Positions 1 through 11,806 of a DNA stretch of 64,000 bases are shown here, piece after piece (position 1 is the stretch's first letter; each line of letters begins with the position of its first letter). The translations under genes and the position numbers were made by a program. Below the pieces are notes generated by a model, which ran no database searches, had not been told where the DNA came from, and saw only the letters and a program-made list of their open reading frames with translations. The stretch spans positions 13,826,001-13,890,000 of the forward strand of contig NC_043012.1 of the NCBI RefSeq assembly GCF_006345805.1, read 5' to 3'. The stretch is from Octopus sinensis (taxonomy: Eukaryota).

Positions 1-870
1 AGACTGTCTTACAGCGATAACACATAATTACTGTCAAAGAATCATTGAATATGTCGCGGCTCTAGAGCATGGTTGCGCATCACTAACCTCGGCCTATCCT
101 GTCCTGCAATCAGCGGGTATGGAGAACAAATGTAGAGCCTGGCCGGTGTAATGCGTCCCTTCAATCTACGGAAGCCAGGAGCAGTCCTCCCTCTCCAGTT
201 AGATGAGTACCGAGACGAGACACAAGGATCAGACGGCAATACATGGCAGGGATGATGCAAACTATCACCATCTGCGACCGATGTTTTCGGGATAGCTTTC
301 TCTCGACCCACTTCTATATGAAGTTGACCACCCTATTCGCCATATCTTCACACTCCTTCTTTAAGTGTATAGAACTGAACCAAACCAGACACAGAACAAT
401 TTAACCGATCCAGCCCTTACAAGGCTATTAAACAGCGGGGACCATCTTATATAGGCACCGGGATAGGAGTATTCTGAAATCACTAATTTTCGTTCATGTT
501 TCCGTATTACGTTGCCAGAAAGTCGCACCGATCACCTCGATATGTTTCGTGCCCGACACTATAACAAAAATATTATCTGCCGACGCCGACACAGATTGAT
601 ATTCCGCATTGTACATCGCACCGTATGTTCCCTTTCCCCAAACGCCTTCAGATTCAGCATTAATGTCTCGAGAATCAAAACATACGCTATGGAGGAGATT
701 GTAAAGCCTTGCCAGCCCGAACGCATAAAGATGAAGGGTAACTGTTGATGGCTAATTACCCTGACCAGCGAAGAGATATGTTTAAACAATGCAGCGATCC
801 AATCTCTGAAACCAAGGCCAAAACGGCCTATATATGAGACAACTATCAAGTACCGATGTCAAAAGTTTTC
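1..870 (-). mobile_element. Decayed Tx1/L1-clade non-LTR retrotransposon, reverse transcriptase and thumb region
   Basis: Frameshifted minus-strand translation gives FRDWIAALFKHISSLVRV...SGWQGFTISSIAYVLILETL (RT domains 3-4), SVSASADNIFVIVS (degenerate YADD), GSVKLFCVWFG and KWVERKLSRKHRSQM..IIPAMYCRL. This is the typical Tx1 RT order, with stops and frameshifts. Confidence 0.75.
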
Positions 871-1738
871 GATTATATTAATTTTATCGGAGCTCTAATC
901 GAGCCAGAATCATTATTTACACTGTCTATGAGATATCACACGAAAGGGAGGTGTCGTGAATAGATCTCTTTAGGATGACAGATATCTAGACACTTTACTA
1001 GTCCCCTGTCAATAATCTTAAACAGTGCATTGAAAAATAAATAATGGGACCACGCTGGTACTGAGTGGATTAGAATTTCTGGAAATTATCCATGAGTTAC
1101 AGGCATAAAATCTTCTGAAACAGAGAAGCCAATTGATTTTCGTCGATGCCCAAAGTATTAATACAGATTGCTTACATGGAACCTCTTCATACACCTTTGC
1201 CTCGGTTCTCACACCACGAATATTTTATAGTGTTATTTAAATGATAGCTTATAGTACATAAATAGCAACTGTTGGCGAACTGAGGCCAACATTTGAAAGT
1301 GAATGCAGACAAATAGGGAACGAAATTAAACTGGATGGTTGAGATTCTATTGATTTTTATCAGCAATGTCTGCATTTGAATTATCATCAGTTTGGTGGAT
1401 AGCATTAAATTTTGAAATATATATGTATTTAATAATCAATGATTAAAACAATTTTTGGGGTGGGGTTCATATCGTATATTTATATGTGCGTATAAATTGC
1501 TTTAATTGTATGACATGACGCAATTGGTGCTTACAAAGATTAGGGAAAAACGGAATATAATCACGATACGTTGTCAGATTCGTCATAGAAAATTATTTCA
1601 ACAGCCCAGGATCAATCTTTTCGACATATTTCAAATTCTCTTACTCATCATCATCATGTTCATCATTCGTCAGTATCAACTTTATATTCTTTATAGAATT
1701 CATAGTCATTATCGATATCAATTATAATTGTAATTTAT

Positions 1739-2085
1739 ACAGGATGGCAGAGGACGGACGTATTTGAAAAGTTCACGAAATCAATAATTTTACCAGCAAA
1801 CAAATTTTATTGACATTAATGTGTTTGTATTGAATTCATATTTATTAAAATTAACTGTGAAAAACAACATCCATCATGTGGTGTCCGTTTTCATTGATGT
1901 CTGAAGGTGTTCTTAGAAGCTGGCCTCCAATCTTTCCAACAATGCTCTGTCGTTTCGGGCGACTTCCATGAGAATAGATTCCTTGAAATCGTCAAATGTA
2001 CGTAGCTTATGTGCATACATACGCGCCTTGGGGTTTCCTTAAAAGATATAATCGTGTATGGAAAAATCAGGGTACTCAGGATACA
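1739..2085 (-). mobile_element. Tc1/mariner transposase C-terminal relic (rosa/DD41D-like) with terminal inverted repeat remnant
   Basis: Minus frame PDFSIHDYIF*GNPKARMYAHKLRTFDDFKESILMEV...NENGHHMMDVVF resembles the PDLxPxDFFLWGYLK...G.HL C-terminus. The element ends in ...ctgccatcctg followed by TA near 1739. Confidence 0.65.
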
Positions 2086-2901
2086 CAAGCCTGAAGAATC
2101 AGGGTACTCAAACCTGAAAATGAAGCGGTCTTCATTGTCTTCAAGAAAGGACGACAATTTAGAAATTTAGAAATTTAATAACACAAAGCCTAATTTTTCA
2201 GAGCACTCTTTATTCAAGCAGATAGTGAAAGTTCATTATACGACACACGAACAAATGAATATAGGGATTCATTAATTTGCTCGTAAATGTTTAACAGTTT
2301 CATTACGGTGCAAACTCGTAACATTCCCGAATAGTTTGTGTTATAAAAATGCATGTACCTGACTTCATACGTGAAGGACACACGTAGTGTGTAGTTAAAG
2401 ATTGAAGTGAGACATTTAAAAATATAAACACTGTGTTGGATGATAGCTTTCTGACTTTGTTGAAATATAGCTTTCAGTTACTGAATCTGAATTTAATGTA
2501 AATAAGCAACTTAGATTCCATTCCGTCATAAGCAGTCATAACTCAAGTATGACTTTTGCTTGAAAATGGCCTTCACTTGAAAATTAATAGCGCTTATAAA
2601 TCGATGGACCAGTCTGTATTTTTCACTGGACTGGAAGTTTATAAGCTAACAGTTTTACGTATATATTGTAGACGACCTCCAAACTAAATTTCATGCAATA
2701 ATGTTTCATCAATAGACAGATGAGAAGATTAAAAATTATTAAAAATTGGCTCCAGTCAGACAGAATTAAGTGCAATTGAGACAAGTAAGAGTTTAAATAG
2801 CGTAACGTTTGTATTGTTAGTTTTTACATCTTAACCTCAATGTGAAATCTCGTACTTATTCAACATTTATAGGAAAAAGATCTATGCACAGTATACGTTA
2901 T

Positions 2902-2962
<61 letters not shown>

Positions 2963-2965
<3 letters not shown>

Positions 2966-3268
2966 ATATTCTGGGGCCTGTGAAAATTCTACGGAAGGAA
3001 AATGATTAAGAGAAGCTATAGAAGGAAGAATCAATGATTGTCGTTTTTTATGTTGCTATTTTATTTCGTTTCCAGTCACAATAATATAGCATATAATTTT
3101 AAAATGTCCCCATCCTAAGCACTTTATAGTTATCTCTTTCTCTCAACCCTTTCAAGAAACTTTTTAATCATGTTATCCCTCCTTCATGTCTTTAACCTTT
3201 CTCTGCCTGCTCTACAGCCTCTACCACCGCTATTCTTAATACATTAGCTGATAATATATATATATATT

Positions 3269-3306
<38 letters not shown>

Positions 3307-3768
3307 TATTTATACACGTGTGTGTGTATGTGTGTGTCTGTGTGTGTGTGCGTGTATTCATAGGCTGCGTGCCTACACATTCATTAGTACGCCAGCTAAC
3401 TTGCTTAGTGGCATTCCGACCCTTTGTACGCTGTGACTTCAAACTCCCGCGTGGTTTACTTCGCCTTCAAAGTCAATAAAATAAGCACCAGCCGAGCAGT
3501 GGGGTCGAATACATCGAAACTGGTGGCCCAATGCCAAAGTTTGAGAAATATATATATATTCCCTTTTTTTATTATTTTAATTGTTTCAGTCATTTGACTG
3601 CGGCTATGCTGGAGAACCGCCTTTAGTCGAGCAAATCGACCCCAAGACTTATTCTTTGTAAGCCTAGTACTTAATCTATCGTTCTCTTTTGCAGAACTGC
3701 TAAGTTACGAGGACGTAAACACACTATCATCGGTTGTCAAGCGATGTTGGGAGGAAAACACAGACACA

Positions 3769-3813
<45 letters not shown>

Positions 3814-4629
3814 ATATTCTGGGGCCTGTGAAAATTCTACGGAAGGAAAATGATTAAGAGAAGCTATAGAAGGAAGAATCAATGATTGTCGTTTTTTATG
3901 TTGCTATTTTATTTCGTTTCCAGTCACAATAATATAGCATATAATTTTAAAATGTCCCCATCCTAAGCACTTTATAGTTATCTCTTTCTCTCAACCCTTT
4001 CAAGAAACTTTTTAATCATGTTATCCCTCCTTCATGTCTTTAACCTTTCTCTGCCTGCTCTACAGCCTCTACCACCGCTATTCTTAATACATTAGCTGAT
4101 AATATATATATATATTTATATATATATTATATATATATATATTATATATATATATATATATACATATTTATACACGTGTGTGTGTATGTGTGTGTCTGTG
4201 TGTGTGTGCGTGTATTCATAGGCTGCGTGCCTACACATTCATTAGTACGCCAGCTAACTTGCTTAGTGGCATTCCGACCCTTTGTACGCTGTGACTTCAA
4301 ACTCCCGCGTGGTTTACTTCGCCTTCAAAGTCAATAAAATAAGCACCAGCCGAGCAGTGGGGTCGAATACATCGAAACTGGTGGCCCAATGCCAAAGTTT
4401 GAGAAATATATATATATTCCCTTTTTTTATTATTTTAATTGTTTCAGTCATTTGACTGCGGCTATGCTGGAGAACCGCCTTTAGTCGAGCAAATCGACCC
4501 CAAGACTTATTCTTTGTAAGCCTAGTACTTAATCTATCGTTCTCTTTTGCAGAACTGCTAAGTTACGAGGACGTAAACACACTATCATCGGTTGTCAAGC
4601 GATGTTGGGAGGAAAACACAGACACACAA

Positions 4630-4655
<26 letters not shown>
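2963..4655. repeat. Tandem direct duplication, about 848-bp unit (copies start at 2963 and 3811), junctions inside (CA)n
   Basis: ctcatattctggggcctgtg... starts at 2963 and again at 3811. The copies appear identical apart from the internal (TA)n/(CA)n tracts. Confidence 0.9.
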
Positions 4656-4660
<5 letters not shown>

Positions 4661-4800
4661 TATATCCAAATCCACTCACAAAGCTTTGGTCGGCCCAAGA
4701 CAATAGTAGAAAATACTTGCCCAATGTGCCACGCAGTGGGACTGAACCCGGAACCATGTAGTTCGTAAGCAAGCTACTTACCACGCACCCACCCCTGCGC
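4433..4800 (-). mobile_element. tRNA-derived octopus SINE (family A, internal microsatellite), near full length
   Basis: Minus-strand head ggtaagtagcttgcttacgaac..ggttccgggttcagtccc (A/B-box like), body ...gtcgatttgctcgactaaaggcgg...gactgaaacaa. Homologous copies at about 13345-13690, 31268-31612, 47995-48150, 51400-51600, 55025-55385, 59735-60122 and 60510-60700. Confidence 0.8.
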
Positions 4801-4802
4801 CT

Positions 4803-4846
<44 letters not shown>

Positions 4847-5422
4847 ATCACCTGACCGACCAAGCTATCAGATGTTCCTACACATCGCTGGTCACAACAG
4901 GGATAGCCACAATCCCCTGCCGGAGCCTCCACCTATGAGAAGAAAAGCTACAGCGTCGATATAAGGACCAAATGCTAATACTTCCGTAAAATCTCACAAT
5001 GACGACAATGGAAATGGTCCCGAGTCTCTAGCCGCTCTACCAAAGAAGCTAGTGGCCCTTTTCCAACATGTACAAAATTTTTAGAGTATTGAAATATACT
5101 ACTTCCAAATTAACACCCAATCAATTAAAGGACTAAGGACATAATATTTATTATTAACATAACACTTATGAATTAAAATAAATAATCTGCCTTAGGGACA
5201 TAATTTTTATGGAATTATTATATATTTTTCATTTTATTTCGAAATACTGTGGGACATTCTTTTGTAGGTATGACATATCTTTAATTTAACGACGACACAG
5301 ATAATAACATTATGTGTGTGTGTGGTTGGATGTAAAACTGCAATAAACTCCATTTCTTCATATTGCTCTAAGTATTACTTCAATATTATTTTACATTTTA
5401 CATTTTACATGAAACGAACATG

Positions 5423-5805
5423 CCTACAAATCTGTAGACTCTTTTGTGGATAAACCGGAAATAGTCGATTAACAAGTTGAGTTCTTAAACTCACAGCTGC
5501 CACCAAAAGCTCCACCTCATTGGCTTCCATGCAACCTTTCTCAACCAAAGATGTGCAATGGCACAAGACTTGTTGTAAAGGAATTAATAAGAAGTATCAT
5601 ACAGGCCACAAAAATGTCTGGCTGTGCAAGAAATGTTTATACCACACAGTTCATTAAGGACAGACTTTGCGAGTTACAGGCTTGCAATTAGAAGACGACT
5701 GTTTCTCACACGATCAGTTATATGTTGGGACATCCAGTGTGAGGGGCAAGAACGATCTTTTCATTTTTACCCCTACTGGTAAAACCCCGAAACATTGTCT
5801 ATACA
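5423..5805 (+). mobile_element. Helitron PIF1-type helicase C-terminal relic (internally deleted)
   Basis: YKSVDSFVD...[15 protein letters not shown]...[13 protein letters not shown]...[11 protein letters not shown], then [28 protein letters not shown]...LFIFTPTGKT. These match the Helitron RepHel motifs LCNGTRL and GQ.L...G.....CFSHGQLYV..SRV. Confidence 0.85.
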
Positions 5806-6199
5806 TACGTTTTTACCATGAGATCAACAAACTAAAATTTTAAGAATGATTATTAACTTTGAACTGATATTGTCAACGTCACACTATCTTCGTTTAACAA
5901 AAATTATGTGTATGTTTGTTTGTTGTAATAGTTAAGTTCAATAAATTATACGACATATGTTTTTAGTTTTCCCCGAACATTTCTTTACTTATGTTGTACT
6001 AGACATAAGCCAAAGTCTCTGCAATGTTTGCTTCATTTATAGACTGAAATACTACAGATCATAGATCAGACGTTTATGTACACCCATGATAATACTGGCC
6101 AGAAGAAAAGAGCTCTATTGTCTATATGGAAGTTAACAACTATTTCATATATATATATTAGATGCAATTATAACTGAATAAATTTCAATATTCATAGTA

Positions 6200-6244
<45 letters not shown>

Positions 6245-7157
6245 CAAGAGTTCTTGCTCCTTCTTCAGTAACTCATCCTACACATCGAAATATTATCGAA
6301 GGTTAAAAAATTGATAATGATTGTATATACATATTGAAGTCTTATAAGCATTTTATATACTTTGTAGTATATATTCTATATATACTGTGATTTGAGTATG
6401 CATGTGTATATTTATATGCGTATATGTGTATGTACTTTATGTAAGCAGGGGTGATAGTTGATGACTGTTTGTTATATGAGTTTTGTGGTCGGAGAATTCG
6501 TTTGCCTCACTCATTAAGGTGACGATAAATTACTACGGTTTTGTTCACTTCAATTACAATATCTGGTTTCAATTAAAATCCATCAAAATGTAGTTGTACC
6601 TGGATAGACACAGATATTTTTATATATACCAAATGTTATGGTTTGGTCCATATATGTACCAAAGAAACTATTTAAAATGTCATGAGATGGAAATCTCAAA
6701 ACAGCAGACATAATAATCTTTGATACTCCACGACATCACTTTGATATTCTGAAGAGGAGTTCATTAAAGGCTTGTGCACTTTCATACAACCCAATGCATT
6801 CCTCTTTGTTGCAGCAGAGAAATAATCTTGAACATATAATTCATAAATATCGCTGATCAGATTGTCTGTTTTACGCCAATAAATCTTACGTGAAATGTCG
6901 TACATATCTTCAATTATGAAAATGTTTGCTATCAGTCTTGAAATTCAAATTCCAGCATTATTTGCGTAAACCTTAACTCACTCAATTAATACTTTTTTTT
7001 ATTAAAGACCAAAGTTTTCGTGTGGATTGCACCATCTTTAAAGAAATACTGAGCCAACATTAAATGTTCTGTTATTCCCCCTGGACGAACGTAGCATTTC
7101 GCAGATCATATACTAGGTTTCCAGAGAAATATTTTGAAATAAATATTGTTGAACTTG

Positions 7158-8360
7158 TTACTCCAGTGGTGTAAATAACAAAGTGGTAAATAATATTGAA
7201 AATATAATCGATATAACAATACCAATTTTCAAGAATATGGCATCCAGTCTTACGTAGTCGGAGATACAATTTCTCTTTTTCTTACTTTGAAGTTCCTCTG
7301 CAATTAGTGATTCGGATTTTACCATGGAAATCATTGAAATATCTGCAACGTTCTTACTTTGAGATTTGTTTTTGTTGAGGTCTGTCGAAACCGATTTCTT
7401 TTCCCTAGATGACCGATTAATATACAACTTGCTTATAACCACCGATCCAAGCGTGACGATACCACTTAACATTGACAATAACATTAAATACAACATGAGA
7501 AGTGAAGGATATCTTGAATTTTTTGGTGTATTCTTATCGATTTCGACAAGATACAAAACGTTTGATAAAAATATGGTCGTGGCTAGAGAAACTTTCTCTC
7601 CTGATTCAGGCGGAAGAACAAATACGAAAATGGTTAAAATAGTCATCATTACAGTCGGAATCAGCATAGCTATGATTCCTATCGTAGGTTTTCGTCGGAG
7701 ATACATCACCGCAGCTGCCTGACTACCCTCATCATTTTCTGCAGATACCACTCCAAACATGTTGACATCCCACTTGTAGTTTTCTGTAACATTTAGATTT
7801 TTGTAATACATTGTTTGTATTCTCGTTTGACGAATAGAATGCACAGCAACGCACATATGTATTTCGCATCTATGCTCATCAAATGGATACGTATAAGCGT
7901 TCACTTGGCAATAGGTCTCTACGTACTTAAGAGACCACATCTCGACAGTTCCATCATGATAAATCTTGACTTCTTGATCGGTATTGGCATCATCTGGTTC
8001 ATTCACTGAATTACACATTATAAGAGATGGGGTCCATATTTCATGTCTTGGCAGATTTATTTCTGTAATGTTGTTATAGTCCGATGGTTTCCAGATTAGA
8101 TATGCGTCGATCCAATATGGCGCAATCATATACCGAGCCATGAGTATGTTATTTACGAAGTCCAAATCATAGAGTGTGTGAAGATCCAAATCAGTATATA
8201 TATCGACAGAAGTGATCAAATTAATAACAGGTCTTATATCTTTTCTGTAATTCAACAGCAGGTTGTCTTTCAATCGTATTTCATCCTCGTGCGTCGGAAG
8301 AGATTTTACTGTTAATATAATCGAAGTCAAACTGAAAACAAAATATGTTATGAACATCAT
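7158..8360 (-). CDS. Divergent Cys-loop ligand-gated cation channel subunit, cephalopod chemotactile receptor (CR)-type; single coding exon, 400 aa from first ATG
   Basis: Signal peptide, Cys-loop C-x13-C (CQVNAYTYPFDEHRC), M1-M4, and the cation-type M1-M2 linker PESGEK with M2 9' Leu. No loop-C vicinal Cys and no loop-B Trp. The ORF is uninterrupted; the track's 8366 start is a TTG and the first ATG is at 8360. Confidence 0.93.
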   Translation of the reverse strand: MMFITYFVFSLTSIILTVKSLPTHEDEIRLKDNLLLNYRKDIRPVINLITSVDIYTDLDLHTLYDLDFVNNILMARYMIAPYWIDAYLIWKPSDYNNITEINLPRHEIWTPSLIMCNSVNEPDDANTDQEVKIYHDGTVEMWSLKYVETYCQVNAYTYPFDEHRCEIHMCVAVHSIRQTRIQTMYYKNLNVTENYKWDVNMFGVVSAENDEGSQAAAVMYLRRKPTIGIIAMLIPTVMMTILTIFVFVLPPESGEKVSLATTIFLSNVLYLVEIDKNTPKNSRYPSLLMLYLMLLSMLSGIVTLGSVVISKLYINRSSREKKSVSTDLNKNKSQSKNVADISMISMVKSESLIAEELQSKKKRNCISDYVRLDAIFLKIGIVISIIFSILFTTLLFTPLE

Positions 8361-8366
8361 TATCAA

Positions 8367-8960
8367 TTATATTTCAAGAAGGATTAAATATTAGTTTATC
8401 TCAACACTTGTGATAAGTGTTTCTGGTAAATATCGATATGTTTTAGTATTGTAATGTTTATATTAAATTTTGCGTAAATGAGCGTTATTCACTTTGTTAT
8501 TGATACAAGGTAATATAGGGGAAGTTCTCTAGATAACGATAGAGCTGAAGCATGCAACAGTAGCATAAAGCCAACTTTAAATGCAGTATACAAACAACGA
8601 ATTATCGTAAAATGCTCAGTATTTCTTTTCGAAAAGTATTTTTGCAATGTATGATACCTATATGAAAATGTTCTGGTCAATGTATTCCTTTAAATTATAA
8701 GTTGTATGTGTGAAAATAATTTACCATATGAAAAGTGAAAGTTGTTTAATTATTTCAATTTATATATTTCCTCCAATGTTGTTATATAAGTGGTTATTTT
8801 GTATTTCATCCTTTTTAGATACAAGTACAAATATGTATTTCAGGTATAATAATTCCAGTCTCAAAACTGAAAAACCATCAGACTGTCTTCTTTGATATAA
8901 ATGAAGAAATGTTTTCATGCCATAAATATACGGGATATCTCGGCGATTCAGCAACCTGAA
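8367..8960 (-). promoter_or_regulatory. 5' flank conserved with paralogue; candidate 5'UTR exon(s) and splice acceptors
   Basis: Collinear blocks shared with 20637-21200, e.g. aacaacgaattatcgtaaaatgc 8593-8615 versus aacaacgaggtatcgtacaatgc 20840-20862. Homologous minus-strand tttYtttcAG at 8956-8957 and 21194-21195, and tatttacYAG at 8423-8424 and 20673-20674. Confidence 0.5.
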
Positions 8961-9057
8961 AGAAACAAGTTCTAGAAGATATTATATGTATGGATATTTT
9001 TTTAAAACCCTATCATGACAATAACGTTTCAACAATGCAAACAAGGATAATAATCCG

Positions 9058-9320
9058 TTCTACTATAGGCACAAAGCCTGGATTTTGTGGGGAGGGGGAC
9101 AGTCAATAACATCGCCCTAGTCGTCAAATTATCGATCCCGATAGGATGAAAGGCAGAGACGACCTCGGCGGAATTTGAACTCAGAATGTAGCAGGGTACG
9201 AAATACCTATTTCTTTACTGTCCACAAGTGGCTAAACATAGAGGGGACAAACAAGGACAGACAAACGGATCAAGTCGATTATATCGACCCCAGTGCGTAA
9301 CTGGTACTTATTTAATCGAT
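9058..9320 (-). mobile_element. Octopus tRNA-derived SINE family B, dimeric (two subfamily tails)
   Basis: B-box gagttcaaattcc on the minus strand, body gtcgatataatcgact, and the junction gaaatacc|tatttcttta. Other copies at 39820-39985, 41680-41838, 42198-42387 and 43040-43192. Confidence 0.8.
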
Positions 9321-9963
9321 AACTTGTCTTTAAAATCCTCGAAAACCTGTAGTTGAGTAGAATTCAATAACATTGTTTCATTGTTTTCTATTTCCGTGAA
9401 AGGAAAAATAGTTTCTGTACAAGGTGGAATAAATCAGTTGTAGAAATTAGTCAAACCGAGCAAATTCTCGTAACTTTGTTAAAGAAGCGGGTGGAATATC
9501 TCGAATAGCATCAATTTTATCCTGCAATGGATGTATTCCATCTTTTTTCATTACATGTCTCAGAAAATTGATAGAAGAAACTACAGAAATACTTTCGTTT
9601 ACATTAAATATTACAACGTATTGTGACAGGCTAGTAAAAAGCTATTCTAAACGAAGGACATGGATTCTAGTGTGTTTTTCCAGCTTTTGCTGTTTCTTCT
9701 CTTTCTTCATATTTGTTAGGTACTATGACTTCTTTTTTTTTTGTATTTGCCAGCTTCTTTAAAGACTGAAAACAGTATTTTGTTTTGTTCGTTTTTTGTG
9801 GCTATGTTTATTAGTCTTCCTTGATTCTGTTGTAGTTGTTGCTGTAATCCTATGGTGATGGTTTTCAATTAGGTTTCTAGCTGTATAGGGCTTCTACCTC
9901 CTTCGATACGTTGTATGTATAATTTTGTTTTTATGTCAGAGTTTGTGGGGTGTGTCTCACATT

Positions 9964-10331
9964 ATGTGATACGCTCAGTGACACACTCAGACATGCACAC
10001 ACAAGGTGACAGAGGTAAACACATACACACACACACATGCACGAACACACAAGCACATGATTATGTATGTTTATACAAAAGTATAACATACATATACGCA
10101 TACATGCATGCACACACTTACATGCATACATACATACATATATGTGTATGCATACACACATACACACATTGACGCACGCACATGCACACAAACAAATAAA
10201 AAGAACGCAGCTTGGATAATGAACAGAGTGAACGATTAATGAAAAGCTTGGAAGATGCAACGAAAATTTTAGAAAAATAATCAAATGAGTGCATACTTTA
10301 TCGGTTTGACTCTCCCCTGACACAACAAAAC

Positions 10332-10422
<91 letters not shown>

Positions 10423-10541
10423 TAGATATATAGATATAGATATATAGATATATATGCATATATATGCATATATATATACATACATACATATATATATATA
10501 CATACATATATATACATATATATATATATTATATCTATATA

Positions 10542-10586
<45 letters not shown>

Positions 10587-10671
10587 ATGTAGGGTATATA
10601 TAATATATGTATGTATGATATATATTATGCATATATATGCATATATATCTATATATCTATATCTATATCTA

Positions 10672-10714
<43 letters not shown>

Positions 10715-11084
10715 GTTTTGTTGTGTCAGGGGAGAGTCAAACCGATAAAGTATGCACTCACTTGATTATTTTTCTAAAATTTTCGTTGCATCTTCCAAGC
10801 TTTTCATTAATCGTTCACTCTGTTCATTATCCAAGCTGCGTTCTTTTTATTTGTTTGTGTGCATGTGCGTGCGTCAATGTGTGTATGTGTGTATGCATAC
10901 ACATATATGTATGTATGTATGCATGTAAGTGTGTGCATGCATGTATGCGTATATGTATGTATGTTATACTTTTGTATAAACATACATAATCATGTGCTTG
11001 TGTGTTCGTGCATGTGTGTGTGTATGTGTTTACCTCTGTCACCTTGTGTGTGCATGTCTGAGTGTGTCACTGAGCGTATCACAT
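9964..11084. repeat. Inverted duplication, arms about 500 bp, (TA)n-rich spacer about 10480-10620
   Basis: 9964 atgtgatacgctcagtgac... is the reverse complement of ...gtcactgagcgtatcacat ending at 11084. At least one substitution separates the arms (tcaaatgagt vs tcaagtgagt). Confidence 0.9.
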
Positions 11085-11252
11085 ATATATATATACACAC
11101 ATTTGTAGATATATATAAAATCATCCGCTTCCGATCATTCCTTCTCCGTCCGTTTTATTTTCCCCTATCTCATCTCTCCCAATTTTCCTTCTCAATCCTT
11201 TCTGTCTCCGACGTTCCTTATATATATATATATATATTATATATATATATAT

Positions 11253-11302
<50 letters not shown>

Positions 11303-11531
11303 AAACGTCGGAGACAGAAGGATTGAGAAGGAAAATTGGGGATAGGGGAAAATAACGGAGAAGGAAATGATCGGAAATGATCCTTATATATATATATATA
11401 TAATATATATTATATAAGGAAACGTCGGAGACAGAAAGGATTGAGAAGGAAAATTGGGGAGATAGGGGAAAATAAAACGGAGAAGGAAATGATCGGAAGC
11501 GGATGATTTTATATATATCTACAAATGTGTG

Positions 11532-11545
<14 letters not shown>
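11081..11545. repeat. Three copies (one inverted, two direct) of a 90-130 bp purine-rich unit separated by (TA)n
   Basis: ggaaacgtcggagacagaaaggattgagaagg occurs at about 11300 and 11418, and its reverse complement ends at about 11220. The copies differ by scattered indels. Confidence 0.85.
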
Positions 11546-11572
<27 letters not shown>

Positions 11573-11575
11573 CGA

Positions 11576-11806
11576 CAGAGTTGGCCAAAAGTCACCCGAT
11601 AGAAAATCAAAATTCCATAAATACTATTTGTATTTTGTGTATTGACTCTAATGGAAAAATGTCTCTCTCAAGGACTTCAGTTCGAACGCTTTTTCTGATG
11701 TTACATATTTATAGGTTTTTATTAAATTCTTTCAGTTGTTAAACATAAATAAATATTGGAATAAAATGGCTTTGATTTACTGTCTGGTGACTTTAGGCCA
11801 ACCCTG
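11576..11806. mobile_element. Tc1/mariner-type MITE, about 231 bp
   Basis: 21-bp TIRs cagagttggccaaaagtcacc (11576) and ggtgactttaggccaaccctg (11786-11806), with 2 mismatches. TA follows the right end. Confidence 0.75.

Noticed and set aside
6080-6125. Hammerhead-like remnant (catgataa..ctggccag..gaaaagagctcta)
   Set aside because: The core CUGANGA is disrupted and there is no stem I; at best a dead relic.
7366-8009. Plus-strand ORFs 7366-7722 and 7815-8009 (also 20003-20188)
   Set aside because: Antisense shadows of the receptor CDSs with no independent motifs.
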